A DNA stretch of 64,000 nt. Source: the human T2T-CHM13v2.0 reference genome, Homo sapiens. How positions within the stretch are numbered: the stretch's first letter is position 1; every line of letters starts with the position of its first letter. Of this stretch, positions 16,593 to 29,209 are shown piece by piece. The DNA is taken from the NCBI RefSeq assembly GCF_009914755.1, contig NC_060946.1; one strand, 5' to 3'. The position numbers were made by a program, and so were the translations under genes. Below the pieces are notes generated by a model that saw nothing but the letters and a program-made list of their open reading frames with translations, had not been told where the DNA came from and made no database searches.

Positions 16593-16705
16593 CTGCTCGC
16601 CTCATCCACAGAAGGTGCCTTAGGACCCGTGAGCCGGCCTAAACTTGTACATGGCAGGCGTCGGGGGGTGGCGGAGGCTGGTCCTCTGCACCGACAGGGC
16701 ACTCT
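16593..16705 (-). pseudogene. ZDHHC8P1: ZDHHC8-like exon with a 9-nt insertion, deletions and in-frame stops
   Basis: cag|AG AGT GCC CTG TCG GTG CAG AGG ACC AGC CTC CGC CAC CCC CCG ACG CCT GCC ATG TAC AAG TTT AGG CCG GCT CAC GGG TCC TAA...GGA TGA GGC GAG CAG|gtaaag. Confidence 0.9.
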
Positions 16706-16788
16706 CTGGGGATGTAGACCACTGTGAGACTGAGGTCAGATGGGGGTCAACCCATGTCCCTCCCCAGGTGTGGCTGCCCCGACCTCAC

Positions 16789-16907
16789 CAACACTGCCTG
16801 GGCGTGGGGTCTGCAGGTCACTGCTGAACGTGCCAGCCTCCATCTTGGGGGGGCAGCGCCGGCCCCAAGTCCAGCGGCTTATCTAGCGGGTCCAGGCTGC
16901 CCTTGGA
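16789..16907 (-). pseudogene. ZDHHC8P1: ZDHHC8-like exon, the first retained, with a +1 frameshift in a C-run
   Basis: cccag|TCC AAG GGC AGC CTG GAC...CTG CCC CCC C AAG ATG GAG GCT GGC ACG TTC AGC AGT GAC CTG CAG ACC CCA...TG|gtgag. Confidence 0.9.
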
Positions 16908-17089
16908 CTGGGAGGGGGCGGGGTCAGTGGTGTGTGGGGCTTGGATGATGGGCAAGGCTTCGCTAGGGATTCGACCTGGAAGCTAGTCCTCTCCCCAGAA
17001 TCTGTCTACGGCTCCACCTACCCCATCCACCTCTTTTAGGCCCCCCCTAACTTGCCTGTTTCCCCATCCAAGGGCCTGACTGCCAGCTT

Positions 17090-17760
17090 AGGCCCGCACC
17101 GCAGACACTCACCTCCAGCAGACGCCCTCTTCATCGCAGGGGTGGGGCGGGGCGCGTCGAGGACCGAAAGTCGCTTTGGGGCCGGCGCCCGTCTCCCCGC
17201 AGCCAGGTCCACATCCAGGCGCCGCCGCTCCGGCCGGGCCTGGCCGCGGGACAACGCTAGGCGTGCAGGGCGAGGGCGGCGCGGGCCTCCGGGAGGATGA
17301 ATGTCTTATGGAATCAGGTGGTTTGACACTCGAGGAATCCGCCCAGTTCCCCTGGGCCGGCCAGGGCGGGCCGGGGGCGGACCCGGGCTGGGCCTCGCGG
17401 TGGGCGGGGCGCTCACCTGGGCGCCGGCGCGGGCGCGGGCCCGGGCTGGGGCTGGGGAGCACGGGCCGGCGGGAGCGCGGGCGCGAGGGGGGCGGAGGGG
17501 GGTTCGTGGGCGGCGCAGCGGGCCGGGGCGCGCTGCAGGCCAGGCAGCAGGAGGCGCTCAGCCAGCGCAGTGCACCCGCGCCGCGCGGGCCCAGACAAAG
17601 GTGGTGTATTCCTAAAGAGGCGGCGGCCCCTGCAGGAGGCCGAGGGGATGGCGGCCCGGGCCGCAGTGGGCCAGGCCCCAGGCCTGAGAGTGTGGCGGCC
17701 TAAGCTGGCCCGCTCCCCAAGCGGGCAAGGGCTTTGTCCGGAGGCCTGGGCATGGCCTCT
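17090..17760. promoter_or_regulatory. CpG island, promoter-like
   Basis: Very high GC and CpG density, several GGGCGG boxes, and minus-strand donors GAG|GTGAGT (17113) and CAG|GTGAGC (17417). Confidence 0.85.
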
Positions 17761-20604
17761 GCCTACCCACTCCCTTCCTGGCCTCACGAAACCCATGAAC
17801 CCCTCCCCGCCGGCCCCCTGCACAGAAGCCCTTGCTGGAGCACGGTCGCCCCCATTTTTCAGTAAGAAACAGGCTCTGCACTGTTTCTTAGGCTTAAGAG
17901 AGTTCTGGGGGCCCTCCTGGGCCTTTGTGGCCCTCTCTGCACCACCCTAGGGACGGGATCCAGGCCTGATGTTACCCGTAACCCTTCAGGGGTCTCCCAC
18001 CTCTTCCCGCCTGCGGAATGGGGACTCCAAACCCAGAAGACGCTCTCGGAGGCCACCTCCTTAGTATCCCCCACTCTACCAAGCCAGCTCTCATGGGGCA
18101 GGGGGGAGGGGGGACGGGCATGGGGCCAAAGAACCCAGTGACACCCCTGCACACAGGGGTGCAGGTGTCCCTTCTCTGCTTTCTGCTCGGGGCACCCACC
18201 GGGCCTCACTGATGTGCTCCTAAGTGTATCCCGGGGTCTTGAGACAACTGCCAGGCTGCCCCTGCACCTGGAGAAGTGCTGGGAGTCAGCTCAGCCGGGC
18301 TGGGTCCTCCCCAGGCCCACCCTGCATGAGAGGACCATGCAGATGAGGGTCTTGCAGGCCCACCTGGTGTCAGTCTGTAGGACCCTGACTCAGGGATGGA
18401 GTGGGCCAGCCTGAGGCCTTGATGGCCCTCCTTAGAGCCCAGGTCCACTGACATGAAGCAGAGAGACCTGGTGACTGGGCAGCCCTGTGCTCTCTGCCTG
18501 CCCCTGGCCATGGAGGTGGCCCTGAGGGACATGAGCAGGGTGCAAGGCTGGTGGCCTGCCTGCTTTGTCCAGAGGAAGTGAGGACCTACCAGAGCCCTGG
18601 TGCTCCCATCTCAGCCCAGTGGCAGGCAGTTTCGCGGGACGGAGACATACTGGATGGGCCGGGCCCTCTGCCTGGTGTGGAGGCTGCACTGTCCACACAC
18701 CTCTGGTTGCCACTCTGTAGCCCTCATCACCTTGGCCTGCTTTATCCCTATCACCCTTGTCCCAGCCTAGGCTTACCAGGGCATTGTGGAGTGCATGCCA
18801 TTCCCAGTCGCACAGAAGGTGAGGTGGGGCCCAGACACCCCCCAGCCACTCTGCCCCCTGGCCTCCTGAAGGGGTGGGCTGTGCACACACTGCCACCTCC
18901 CCAGGGGGTACTGGCTACCAAGTGCCACCATCTCAGCCCTTGCGGTGGCTCAACGGGTCCTCCCAGAGCCACATCAAGACGTCGTCATCCATTGCACAGA
19001 TGGAGAACCTCAGGCGAAGCTCACATAGCCAGTGGGAGGCTGAGGCCTGACCCCCAAACAAGCATTCTTCCTCCAGGGTCCCTGCACACAGCAGCCTTCA
19101 GACTAGGAACTGAGCTCTTGCCACAGGGATGTATCAGACCCTAGATGAGTCATGTGGCACTGGCCATCAGTCTGAGGACAGCACTGGGGTGGACCAGGCT
19201 CCAGTCTTGGGCTGCTCTGTGCTTGCAGAGAGGCCTTGAGACACTTCTGTGCTTACTGTGCAGGCGTCACTTCCATTATCAGTGACCCAGAGCGGCCCAC
19301 TACAGCTGAAGATTGTGACCCCACCCCCTCTCTCATAGGTTTAATGCCCCTCCCACCCCTCCTGGAGCAGCCGAAGTGACCATTCTGGGGCATGGGATGG
19401 GCATGGGAGGAAATGGGGAGCCAGGGCTGCCCTGGAGACTTCTGGTATCAGAACCCTCTCCAGCCACCAAGCCCAGCTGTCCCCAGTTGCTCTGGGTTGG
19501 GGCCTGGGCCTCCACTTCTCCACAGGTCTGTGCAGTGGGAGCAAGGCAGAGGCCCGCAGAGGGACAGGCTGGTTTCCTGTGTCTGCCAGCTTGGTCAGCA
19601 CCTTGGCCAGCGCCCTCCCCGCTGGAAGCTGGGCCCACTCCTCAGTACTGGCTGGCTGATTAGGTGTGGGCCAGCGCTGACAGGGAGTTATGGGGGTGCA
19701 GAGGCAGGACAGGCCATCTGTGCCCAGCTGATCTGAGTGCCCAGGTTTTCTGGACACGTGACCCTGGGGATCAGGAATGAGCTGGAGACTGGAGACAGCT
19801 GTGCCCTCAGGGCTGGACAGACCTGTCACACCCTGCCTGGGCTAGGTCAGCAGGGCCACACAGGCATCTGCCTCAGTTGCTCCCCACCTCACACCCACCC
19901 TGTAGGGCACATCCTCTGCCAGTTTGCTCAGCCCACCAACCCCCTCCAATGAGGCCAGAGGCTGCCTCACCTCCAATACCCACCCCCAACCTGGGGCTCG
20001 GCTGAGCAGGGGTCAAGAAGGGCGAGCACGCATTTCGAACTTGCCCTGGTTTTGAGCTGAGGGAAGCAGAGGATGCAGGAGTTGCCCACTCCAGAGGCCC
20101 TGGGTGTGCATGAGGAGCCCTGAGGCTGGGCTGAGCCGCTTGTGGGAGACACTGTGCCCCCTCCATCTGAGATCGGGGCCTGGGTGCCCGGGACACTACA
20201 GACCTTTTGGGGAACCTGGGAATCGGGAAGTCTAGAGATGGGACCCACAGGCTGGAGTCTGGGCTTTCATCCACACTCCCCCCGCCCGACACTCCCCCAG
20301 CCACCGCCTGCACATCAGGGGAGACAACATGCCCCCACGCCCACCTCTGTCCCCAGCAGGGCTGTTCCTCCCCTCATCTGCTCGGATCAGTGTTTTCTTT
20401 AACTGAGCCCCATGGTGGCGAAGGGAGAGCTCCAGCGGACCAGGCAGCAGAGAGGGGAGGGGAGAAGCCCTCAAACAGGCCATGCGCTCTCCACAGAGCC
20501 GCATACAGCAGGAGGGGGCTGGGCAGCCGGCTCAGAGCCCATTCTCTCCTGGGTACTCTTCTGGAATGGCCCCCGGCCCCACTCTGTTCCAAACATGGGA
20601 CCGT

Positions 20605-20653
20605 CCAGCCTGGGCAACAAGAGTGAAACTCCATCTCAAAAAAAAAAAAAAAA
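20605..20653 (+). mobile_element. Alu 3' tail remnant
   Basis: tccagcctgggcaacaagagtgaaactccatctc followed by poly-A. Confidence 0.85.
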
Positions 20654-21537
20654 GTAGGAATTAACTAAGGAGGTGAAAGACTTGTACAATGAAAAGTACA
20701 AAACATTAGTGACAAAAATTAGACATAAATAAATGGAAACATATTCCATGCTCATGGATTGGAAGACTTTATATTGTTAAGATATCAATAATACCCAAAA
20801 CAATCTATAAATGTAATGCAATCTCTACCAAAATACCATTACTTTTTTGCAGAAATAGAAAAACCTATCCTAAATTCATATGAAATATCAAAGGGCCCCG
20901 AATAGCTAAAGCAATCTTGAAAAAGAAGAACAGAGCTGGATAAGTCACATTTTCTGATTTCAAAACTTACTACAAAGCTACAGTAATCTAAACAGTGTGG
21001 TACTGACATAAAGATAGACATACAGACTGATAGAATAGAGAGCCCAGATGTATAGTCAAATGATTTCTGATGAGGGTGCCAAGACCATTTAATGGTGAAA
21101 GAACAATCTTTTCGACAACTGGTGCTGGGAAAACTGAACATCCACACACAAAAGAATGAAGCTGGATCTTTACCTAATAGCATATATAAAAATTAACTCA
21201 AAATGGAACAAAGACATAAATGTAAGACTAAAACAATAAAACTCCTAGAGGAAAACATAGAGGAAAAGCTTCATGACACTGGATTTGGCAATGATTTCTT
21301 GCATATGACACCAAAAGCACTAATAGCAAAATAAAAAGACAAATTAGACTTCATGAAAATTAAATTTTTATGTGCATCAAAATACACTATCAACAGAGTA
21401 AAAAGACCACACACAGAATGGAAGAAAATATTTTAAAATCATATACCTGATAAAGGATTAATAAACAGGATATATAGAGAACTACTAAAACTCAACAACA
21501 AAAAAACCACCAACCCAATTTAAAAAATGAGCAAAGC

Positions 21538-21844
21538 AGCCAGGCACTGTGGCTCACATCTATAATCCCAGCACTTTGGGAGGCCGAGGAGGGTGGGTCA
21601 CTTGAGGTCAGGAGTTCAAGACCAGCCTGGCCACCATGGCAAAACCCCGTCTCTACAAAAAACACAAAAATTAGCATGGCATGGTGGTGCATGACTGTAG
21701 TCCCAGCTACTCAGAAGGCTGAGGCACGAGAATCACTTGAACCCAGGAGGCGGAGGCTGAAGTGAGCCGAGATCACAGCACTGCCCTCCAGCCTGGGTGA
21801 CACAGTGAGACTCTGTCCACCCCCTCCAAAAAAAAAAAAAAAAA
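21538..21844 (+). mobile_element. AluS inside L1
   Basis: Full Alu. TSD-like gagcaaag on both sides. Confidence 0.92.
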
Positions 21845-22172
21845 GAGCAAAGGACTTAACTAGACATTTTTCTAAAGGTATACAAATGGCCAGCAAGCAC
21901 TTGAAAGGATGCTCAACATCATGAATCATTAGGGAAATGCAAAGCAAAACTGCAATGAGACACCACCCCACACCCATTAGGATGAATACCATTAAAAAAA
22001 AACAACAGAAATTACAAGCGTTGGTGAGGATGTGGAGAAGTCAGAACCCTTCTTCATTGTTGGTGGGGCTGTATGATGGTACAGCAGCTGTGGAAAACAG
22101 TATGATGGTTCCTCACAATATTAAAAATTGAATTGCTGTATGCTTCAGCAACTCCACTTCTGGGTATATACC

Positions 22173-23145
<973 letters not shown>

Positions 23146-23556
23146 TACCCAAAAGAATTGAAAGCAGGTTCTCAAAGAGATATCTGTACATCCATCTTCA
23201 TAGCAGCATTACTCACAATAGCTAAAATATGGAAACAAGCCAAGTGTTCATCCACAGATGAAAGGATACACAAAATGTGGTCTATGTATACAACGGACTA
23301 TTATTCAGCCTTAGAAAGGCAGGAAATTCTAACACATGCTGCTACATGGACGAACCTTAAGGACATTATGCTGAGTGAAAGCCACAGTATGATTCCACTC
23401 AAATGAGATATGCTGAGGAGTCTCAATCATTGACAGAAAGTAGAATGGTGGTTGCCAGGGCCTGGGGTGAGATGGGAATGGGGAATACTGTTCAGTAGGC
23501 ACAAAGTTTCTGTTTCACAAGATGAAAAGGATTCCAGAGCTAGACAGCGGTGATGG

Positions 23557-23672
23557 CTGAGGTAGAAGGATCACTTGAGTCTGAGAGGTTGAGGCTGCAA
23601 TGAGCTATGATCAAGCTACAGCACTACAGCCTGGGTGACAGAGCAAAATTCTGCCAAAAAAAAAAAAAAAAA
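23557..23672 (+). mobile_element. Alu right-arm fragment
   Basis: gctgaggtagaaggatcacttgag...cagcctgggtgacagagc followed by poly-A. Confidence 0.8.
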
Positions 23673-23699
23673 CCTTAACATCACTTGGCCAACCTTATT

Positions 23700-24345
23700 C
23701 AAGAGCCCAGTGTGTCTGGGCCCCTTCAGAGTTAAATTTCCGTGAAGTCAACATACAGCACCTTTCACCGTGGTCACTGGAGGTTCCCTCTTCATTTCTC
23801 CTACACTCTTTGCTCTCCCACCAGATCGTCCCAGAACTCCTCTCTCTCTCGCCACTGATGAACTGTTGTGGGAAAAACCTAATGGCCACTTTCCACTGCC
23901 CATCTTCCTGGACATCCTGGCAGCAGTCCGGGTGAGGGGCTCACCTGCGATTCTGAGGACCCTCTCCTCTCTGGATCCTGACATCAGAACGTGCTCCTCC
24001 CTCTCTGGATGCTCCTCCCCAGCAGCTTTTGCCAGCAGAGACTCCTCTGCCTCGGTTTACAATCTCCAGTGCAACACAGTTCAGTTATGGCCTTATTATT
24101 CTATCTCTACACTTAAAAACATAACCTCTGGGTGATGCAATCCATTTCCAAGGCATTAATTATTATCTCCATGCTTATAAGCCCAAGGTTTTATCTTCAT
24201 TCAGAATTACATAGATATAGAATTGCTCTGTTGATTTTCTGGCTTGGTTGTTTCACAGACATTACATATTAAAAACAATCCAACCCCCAAATCTTCTTCT
24301 TCTTCTATTTGGCTGTGACCCAGACTGTCAATAAATTGCACCAGT
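23700..24345 (+). mobile_element. Degenerate L2-like LINE
   Basis: Pyrimidine-rich sequence resembling L2 (aaacctaatggccacttt...catcttcctggacatcctggcagca). Confidence 0.5.
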
Positions 24346-24347
24346 GT

Positions 24348-24545
<198 letters not shown>

Positions 24546-25350
24546 CTAGGACTCTGGGAAAGTTTCCTCATCCTGTATGTCCCTATGTCCTAAACAACCT
24601 GTGGCCCAGTCCTGTTCATTCCTCCTCTAATATGGATCTCCAAACGCTCCTCTTTATTTCCACACCCACTCCCAGCCCTTAACCTCTTGGCCCTTGAAAG
24701 GCCTCTGAGGAGCTGTTCTTAGGTTTTGGCTTTGAGGAACAAGCCTGCTAAGGTCACTCGTGTCCAGAATTTTGTGTGAACATAAGTGTTGTCGGGTGAG
24801 GTCCTCCAGACATCCTTGAGTTGGACGACTCCCTAAAAGGACTCGAAGAGCTTCATGAAGCCCAACTCCCTGAAGGACACCACCTGGCCCAGGGCCCCAC
24901 CATAGATCAGGCCGTCAGCATAAACTGCCCACAGCCCCAGCTACGAAAAGACACTCTTATCAGGCGAGTATTTCAGTGGTTTCTGGGCTTCCTCCCTGGA
25001 GCCAGGCAAGGCCAGACATTCTCTTGGAATGAGCAGGTTCTGAGCATCCCAGACCAACTGCATTAATTCTCTGCCACACCGTACATGTTTATTTCTCTGG
25101 GGCAAATGCCCAGGGACTGAGTTGCCAGGTTGTTCCGTAGTGGCATGTTTTGCTGTTGGTGGTGGTATTTGCTGTATTGGGAGGGGGAATTGCCACACTC
25201 TTTTCCAGGGTGGCTGTACCACGTTACATTTACCCAGCAATGTGTGAGTTGCCCAGTTTCTCCCCATCCTCACCAGCTTGTGGTGCTGTTTCTACACTGT
25301 ATTTAAGGCATGTTGATGGATGTGTCATGCTGCCTCACCATGATCTTCAT

Positions 25351-25727
25351 GTGTATTAGTCTGCTTCGGCTGCCGTAACAAAATACCACAGGCTGGGCGA
25401 CTTCAGCACCTTAAACCGTTTTCTCACCATTCTACAGGTTGGAAGTCCCAGATCAAGGTGTGGCAGCATCAGTTCCTGGCAAGGGCCCTTCCTGGTTTAT
25501 AGATGGCCCCTGTCACTCTGTCCTCATGTGGACTTTCCTTGGTGTGTGTAGGTGGAGAGAATGGGAGCCAACTCCCTGGGGTCTCCTCTAACAAGGACAC
25601 AAATCCTGTCTTATCAGGATCCCAACTTATGACCTCATTCAACCTTATTTCTTACTCCAAATTCAGCCACACGGGGTTAGGGCTTCTACGCATGAATCTG
25701 GGGGATATATACATTCGGTTCATAACA
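25351..25727 (-). mobile_element. MLT1 (MaLR) LTR nested in antisense L1
   Basis: tgtattagtctgcttcggctgccgtaacaaaataccacaggctggg...gatcaaggtgtggcag...cattcggttcataaca. Confidence 0.85.
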
Positions 25728-25916
25728 ATACCTTGCCAGGAAATGGCGAACATCTTTTCATGTGCTTACTTGACATCTGTATATACTCTTGGTGAAATGC
25801 CTATTAGTGTCTTTTGCCTATTTTGTATTTGGGTTTTCAAAAAATGCTGTTGCATTTTGAGAGTTCTTGGCACATTCTGGATACTAGCACTTGGTTGGAC
25901 CTGAAATTTGCAAATC

Positions 25917-28655
25917 CAAGCAGACTTCATCTTATTATGCTTTGCTTTATTGTACTTTGCTGTACAAATTGAAGGTCGTGGCAATCCTGCATCAAGGAAA
26001 CCTACAGGAGCCATCATCCCAACAGCATGTGCTCACTTTGGGTCTCTGTGTCAAAATTTTGGTAATTCTCACAACATTTCAAACTTTTTCATTACTATGA
26101 TATGTATTGTGATAATCTGTGATCTTTGACGTCACTATTGTCATTGTCATTGTTCTGGGGCACCATGAACTGCACTCATATAAGACTGTGAACTAATTGA
26201 TAAATATTGTGTGTGCTCTGAAAGCTCCACCAACCAGCTGTTCCCTCAGGTCTCTCTCTCTCCTTGGGCCTCCCTATTCTCTGACACACAATATTGAAAC
26301 CAGGCCAATCAATAACCCTACAGTGGCCTCTAAGTGTTCAAGTGAAAGGAAGAGTTGTGCATCCCTCACTTCAAATCCAAAACTAGAAATAATTAAGCTT
26401 AGCCAGCAAGGTATGTTGAAAGCTTAGATAGGCCAAAATCTAGGCCTTTTGCACTGAACAGCTAGCCAAGTCATGAATGCAAAGGAAAAGTTCTTGAAGG
26501 AAATGAAAAGTCCTACTCCAGTGAACACACAAATGGTAACAAAGTGAAACAGCTTATTTCTGATATGCAAAAAGTTTTGTTTTAGTGGTCTGGTTAGAAG
26601 ATCAAACCAGCCACAACATTCCCTGAAGACAAAGCCTAATCCAGAACAAAGCATTAACTATCTTCAATTCTATGAAGGCTGAGAGAGGTGAGGAAGCTAC
26701 AGAACTGTTTGAAGCTAGCAGAGGAGGTTGGCTCATGAGATGAAGGAAGGAAGCCATCTCCCTAACAGAAAAATGCAAGATGAAGCAGCAAGTGCTGAGG
26801 TAGAAGCTGCAGTAATTACCCAAAAGATCTAGCTGAGTTCACTGATGAAGGTGGTGACACTGAACAACAGATTTTCAATGTAGACAAAACAGCCTTTTAT
26901 TGGAAGAAGATGCAATCTAGGACTTTCCTAGCTAGAGAAGGAAAGTCAATGCCTGGCTTCAAAGCTTCAAAGGACAGGCTGATTCTCTTGTTAGGGGTGA
27001 ATGCAGCTGGTAACTTTAAATGGAAGCCAATTCTTATCCATCATTCCCAAAACTCTAGGGCCCTTAAGAATTGTGCCAGATCCACTCTGCCTGTGCTCTA
27101 TAAATAATCAAAAAAGCCTGGATGACAGCATATCTGTTTACAGCGTGGTTTACTGTAAGCCCTCTCTGAGACCCACTGCTCAGAGAAAAGGATACCTTTC
27201 AAAAGATTACTGCTCACTGACAATGCACCTGGTCACCCAAGAGCTCTGCTGGAGATGTACAAGGAGACGAGTGTTGTTTTCATACCTGCTAACACAACAT
27301 CCATTCTGCAGCCTGTGGAACAAAGACTTTCAAGCCTTGTTATTTAAAAAATACATTTCATAATGCTGTAGCTGCAATACATGGTGATTCCTCTGATGGA
27401 TCTGGGCAAAGTAAATTGAAAACCTTCTCAAAATGATTCACCATTCTAGATGCCATTAAGAACATCTGTGATCAAATAGGATGAGGTCAAACTAGCCACA
27501 TTAACAGGCATTTGGAAGAAGTGGATTCCAACCCTCATGGATGACTTTGAGGGGTTCGGGACTTAGTGGAGAAAGTCACTGCAGATGTGGGGGAAATAGC
27601 AAGAGAATTAGAATTAGAAGTGGAGCCTGGAGATGGAATTGAATTGCTGTGATTTCATGATCAAACTTGAACAGATGAGGAGTTGCTTCTTAGGGGTGAG
27701 CAAAGAAAGTGGTTTCCTGAGATAGAATCTACTCCTGGGGAAGATGCTGTGAACATTGTTGAAATGACAACAGAGGATTTAGAATAGTGCATACACTTAG
27801 TTAATAAAGCCGCACCAGGATCTGAGAGTACTGACTTCAATTTTGAAAGGAGTTCTCCTGTAGGTAAAATGCTATCAAACAGCATTACAAAGCTACAGAT
27901 CAATCTTTTGTGAGAGTCAATCGATGTGGCAAACTTCATTATTGTCTTATTTTGAGAAACTGCCACAGCAACGCCCCCACAACAACCCTTCAGCAACCGC
28001 CATCCTCATCAGCCAGCAGCCAATCAGCTTCACGGCATGACTCCACCAGCAAAAAGATCAAAAAGATTATGTAGGGGTCTCTAAAGGCTCAGATAATCCT
28101 TAGCATTTTTTAGCAAAGTTTTTTCTGTATCACAAGTCATTAAGCAAACCAATATTCTTGTTTTTTTTTTTTTTTTCTTTTTTTGAGACAGGATCTTGTG
28201 CTGTCACTCAAGCTGGAGTGCAGCGGCACAAACATGGTTCACTGCAGCGTCGACGTCTCAGGCTCAAGCGATCCTCCCATCTTATCTTCCCTAGTAGCTG
28301 GGTCTATGGACATGTACCACCACACCCAGCTAATTTTATTTCTTTTTGTGGACCACATTGCCAAGGCGGGTCTCGAACTCCTGAGCTCAAGACATCCACC
28401 TGCCCTGGCCTCCCTAAGTGCTGGGATTACAGGCGTGAGCCACAACACCCCGCCCAAGAGAGTATTTTTAAATTAAGGAATGTGCATGGTTTTTAGACAT
28501 AATGCTATTGCACACTTAATAGATTACACTGTAGTGTAAACATAACATGTATATGCACTGGGAAACAAAAACATTGTGTAACTGAGTTTACTTCCATATT
28601 TGCTTTGATTGTGGGAGTCTGGAACTGAACCCGCAATATCTCCCAGGAATGCCTG
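25917..28655 (+). mobile_element. Near full-length Tigger1 DNA transposon (pogo/TcMar), transposase decayed
   Basis: Degenerate terminal inverted repeats (caagcagacttc... / ...ggaatgcctg). Transposase remnants ASKCSSERKSCASLTSNPKLEIIKLSQQGM and [32 protein letters not shown]. Confidence 0.92.
28161..28455 (-). mobile_element. AluJ inside Tigger1
   Basis: Diverged antisense Alu. Confidence 0.9.
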
Positions 28656-29084
28656 TCTTTTCTCCTGGTCTGTACTTTTTCATTTCATCCTCTTAAGCTA
28701 AGTGTTTCATGGAGCCTAGGTTTTAAATGTTGATGAATTCTGATGTATCCATATTTGTATGGGTCATGCTTTTGGTGTCAAGTCTCAAATCTCTACCTAG
28801 TTGTAGGGCTCCATTTTTTCTCTTGGAATTTCTCCCCTAAAGTTTTATAGTTTTATGTTTAACATGCAAGTGACCCATTTTCAGTTAATGTTTGTATGAG
28901 CGAGGTGAAGTGCATTTCATTGAACAGTTTGTCATCAACATTTACCTTATTTTAAAAAACCCACAAATTCATGGTATTTCATTGTTTGGATGCACTGGGA
29001 CTTATTGAACTAGGCCCCTCTCAATGCCTATGGTTTCTTCTTCCTTTTTTGTTATTATAGTAAGTAATGCAACATCCATTTTGT

Positions 29085-29209
29085 TGTTTTGTGTGTGTGT
29101 TTTTGTGGAGATGGAGTCTCAGTATGTTGCCTAAAACTCCTGGCCTCAAGCGATCCTTCTGCCTCCTCCTAAAGCACTAGGGTTACAGGTGGGAGCCACC
29201 ACGCTTGCC
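29085..29209 (-). mobile_element. Alu monomer (FLAM-like)
   Basis: ggagatggagtctcagtatgttgcc...gagccaccacgc. Confidence 0.75.

Larger units (their letters stand above)
10914..16907 (-). pseudogene. ZDHHC8P1: 5'-truncated unprocessed ZDHHC8 pseudogene: C-terminal tail exons only, no DHHC or transmembrane exons
   Basis: Exons 16907-16789 (SKGSLD...TFSSDLQTPRPGS), 16705-16593 (ESALSVQRTS...PAMYKFRPA...GEQ), 15335-14336 (VPGPDSL...LTVQR), 12858-12687 (DHPQLKTPP...KKVSGVGGTMYEILV*) and alternative terminal exon 11124-10914. Junctions are canonical AG/GT. Multiple frameshifts and a TGA at 14670-14668. Confidence 0.95.

Noticed and set aside
26197-27800. Domesticated TIGD/CENP-B-like transposase gene
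   Set aside because: The Tigger1 ORF is fragmented by many stops and frameshifts.
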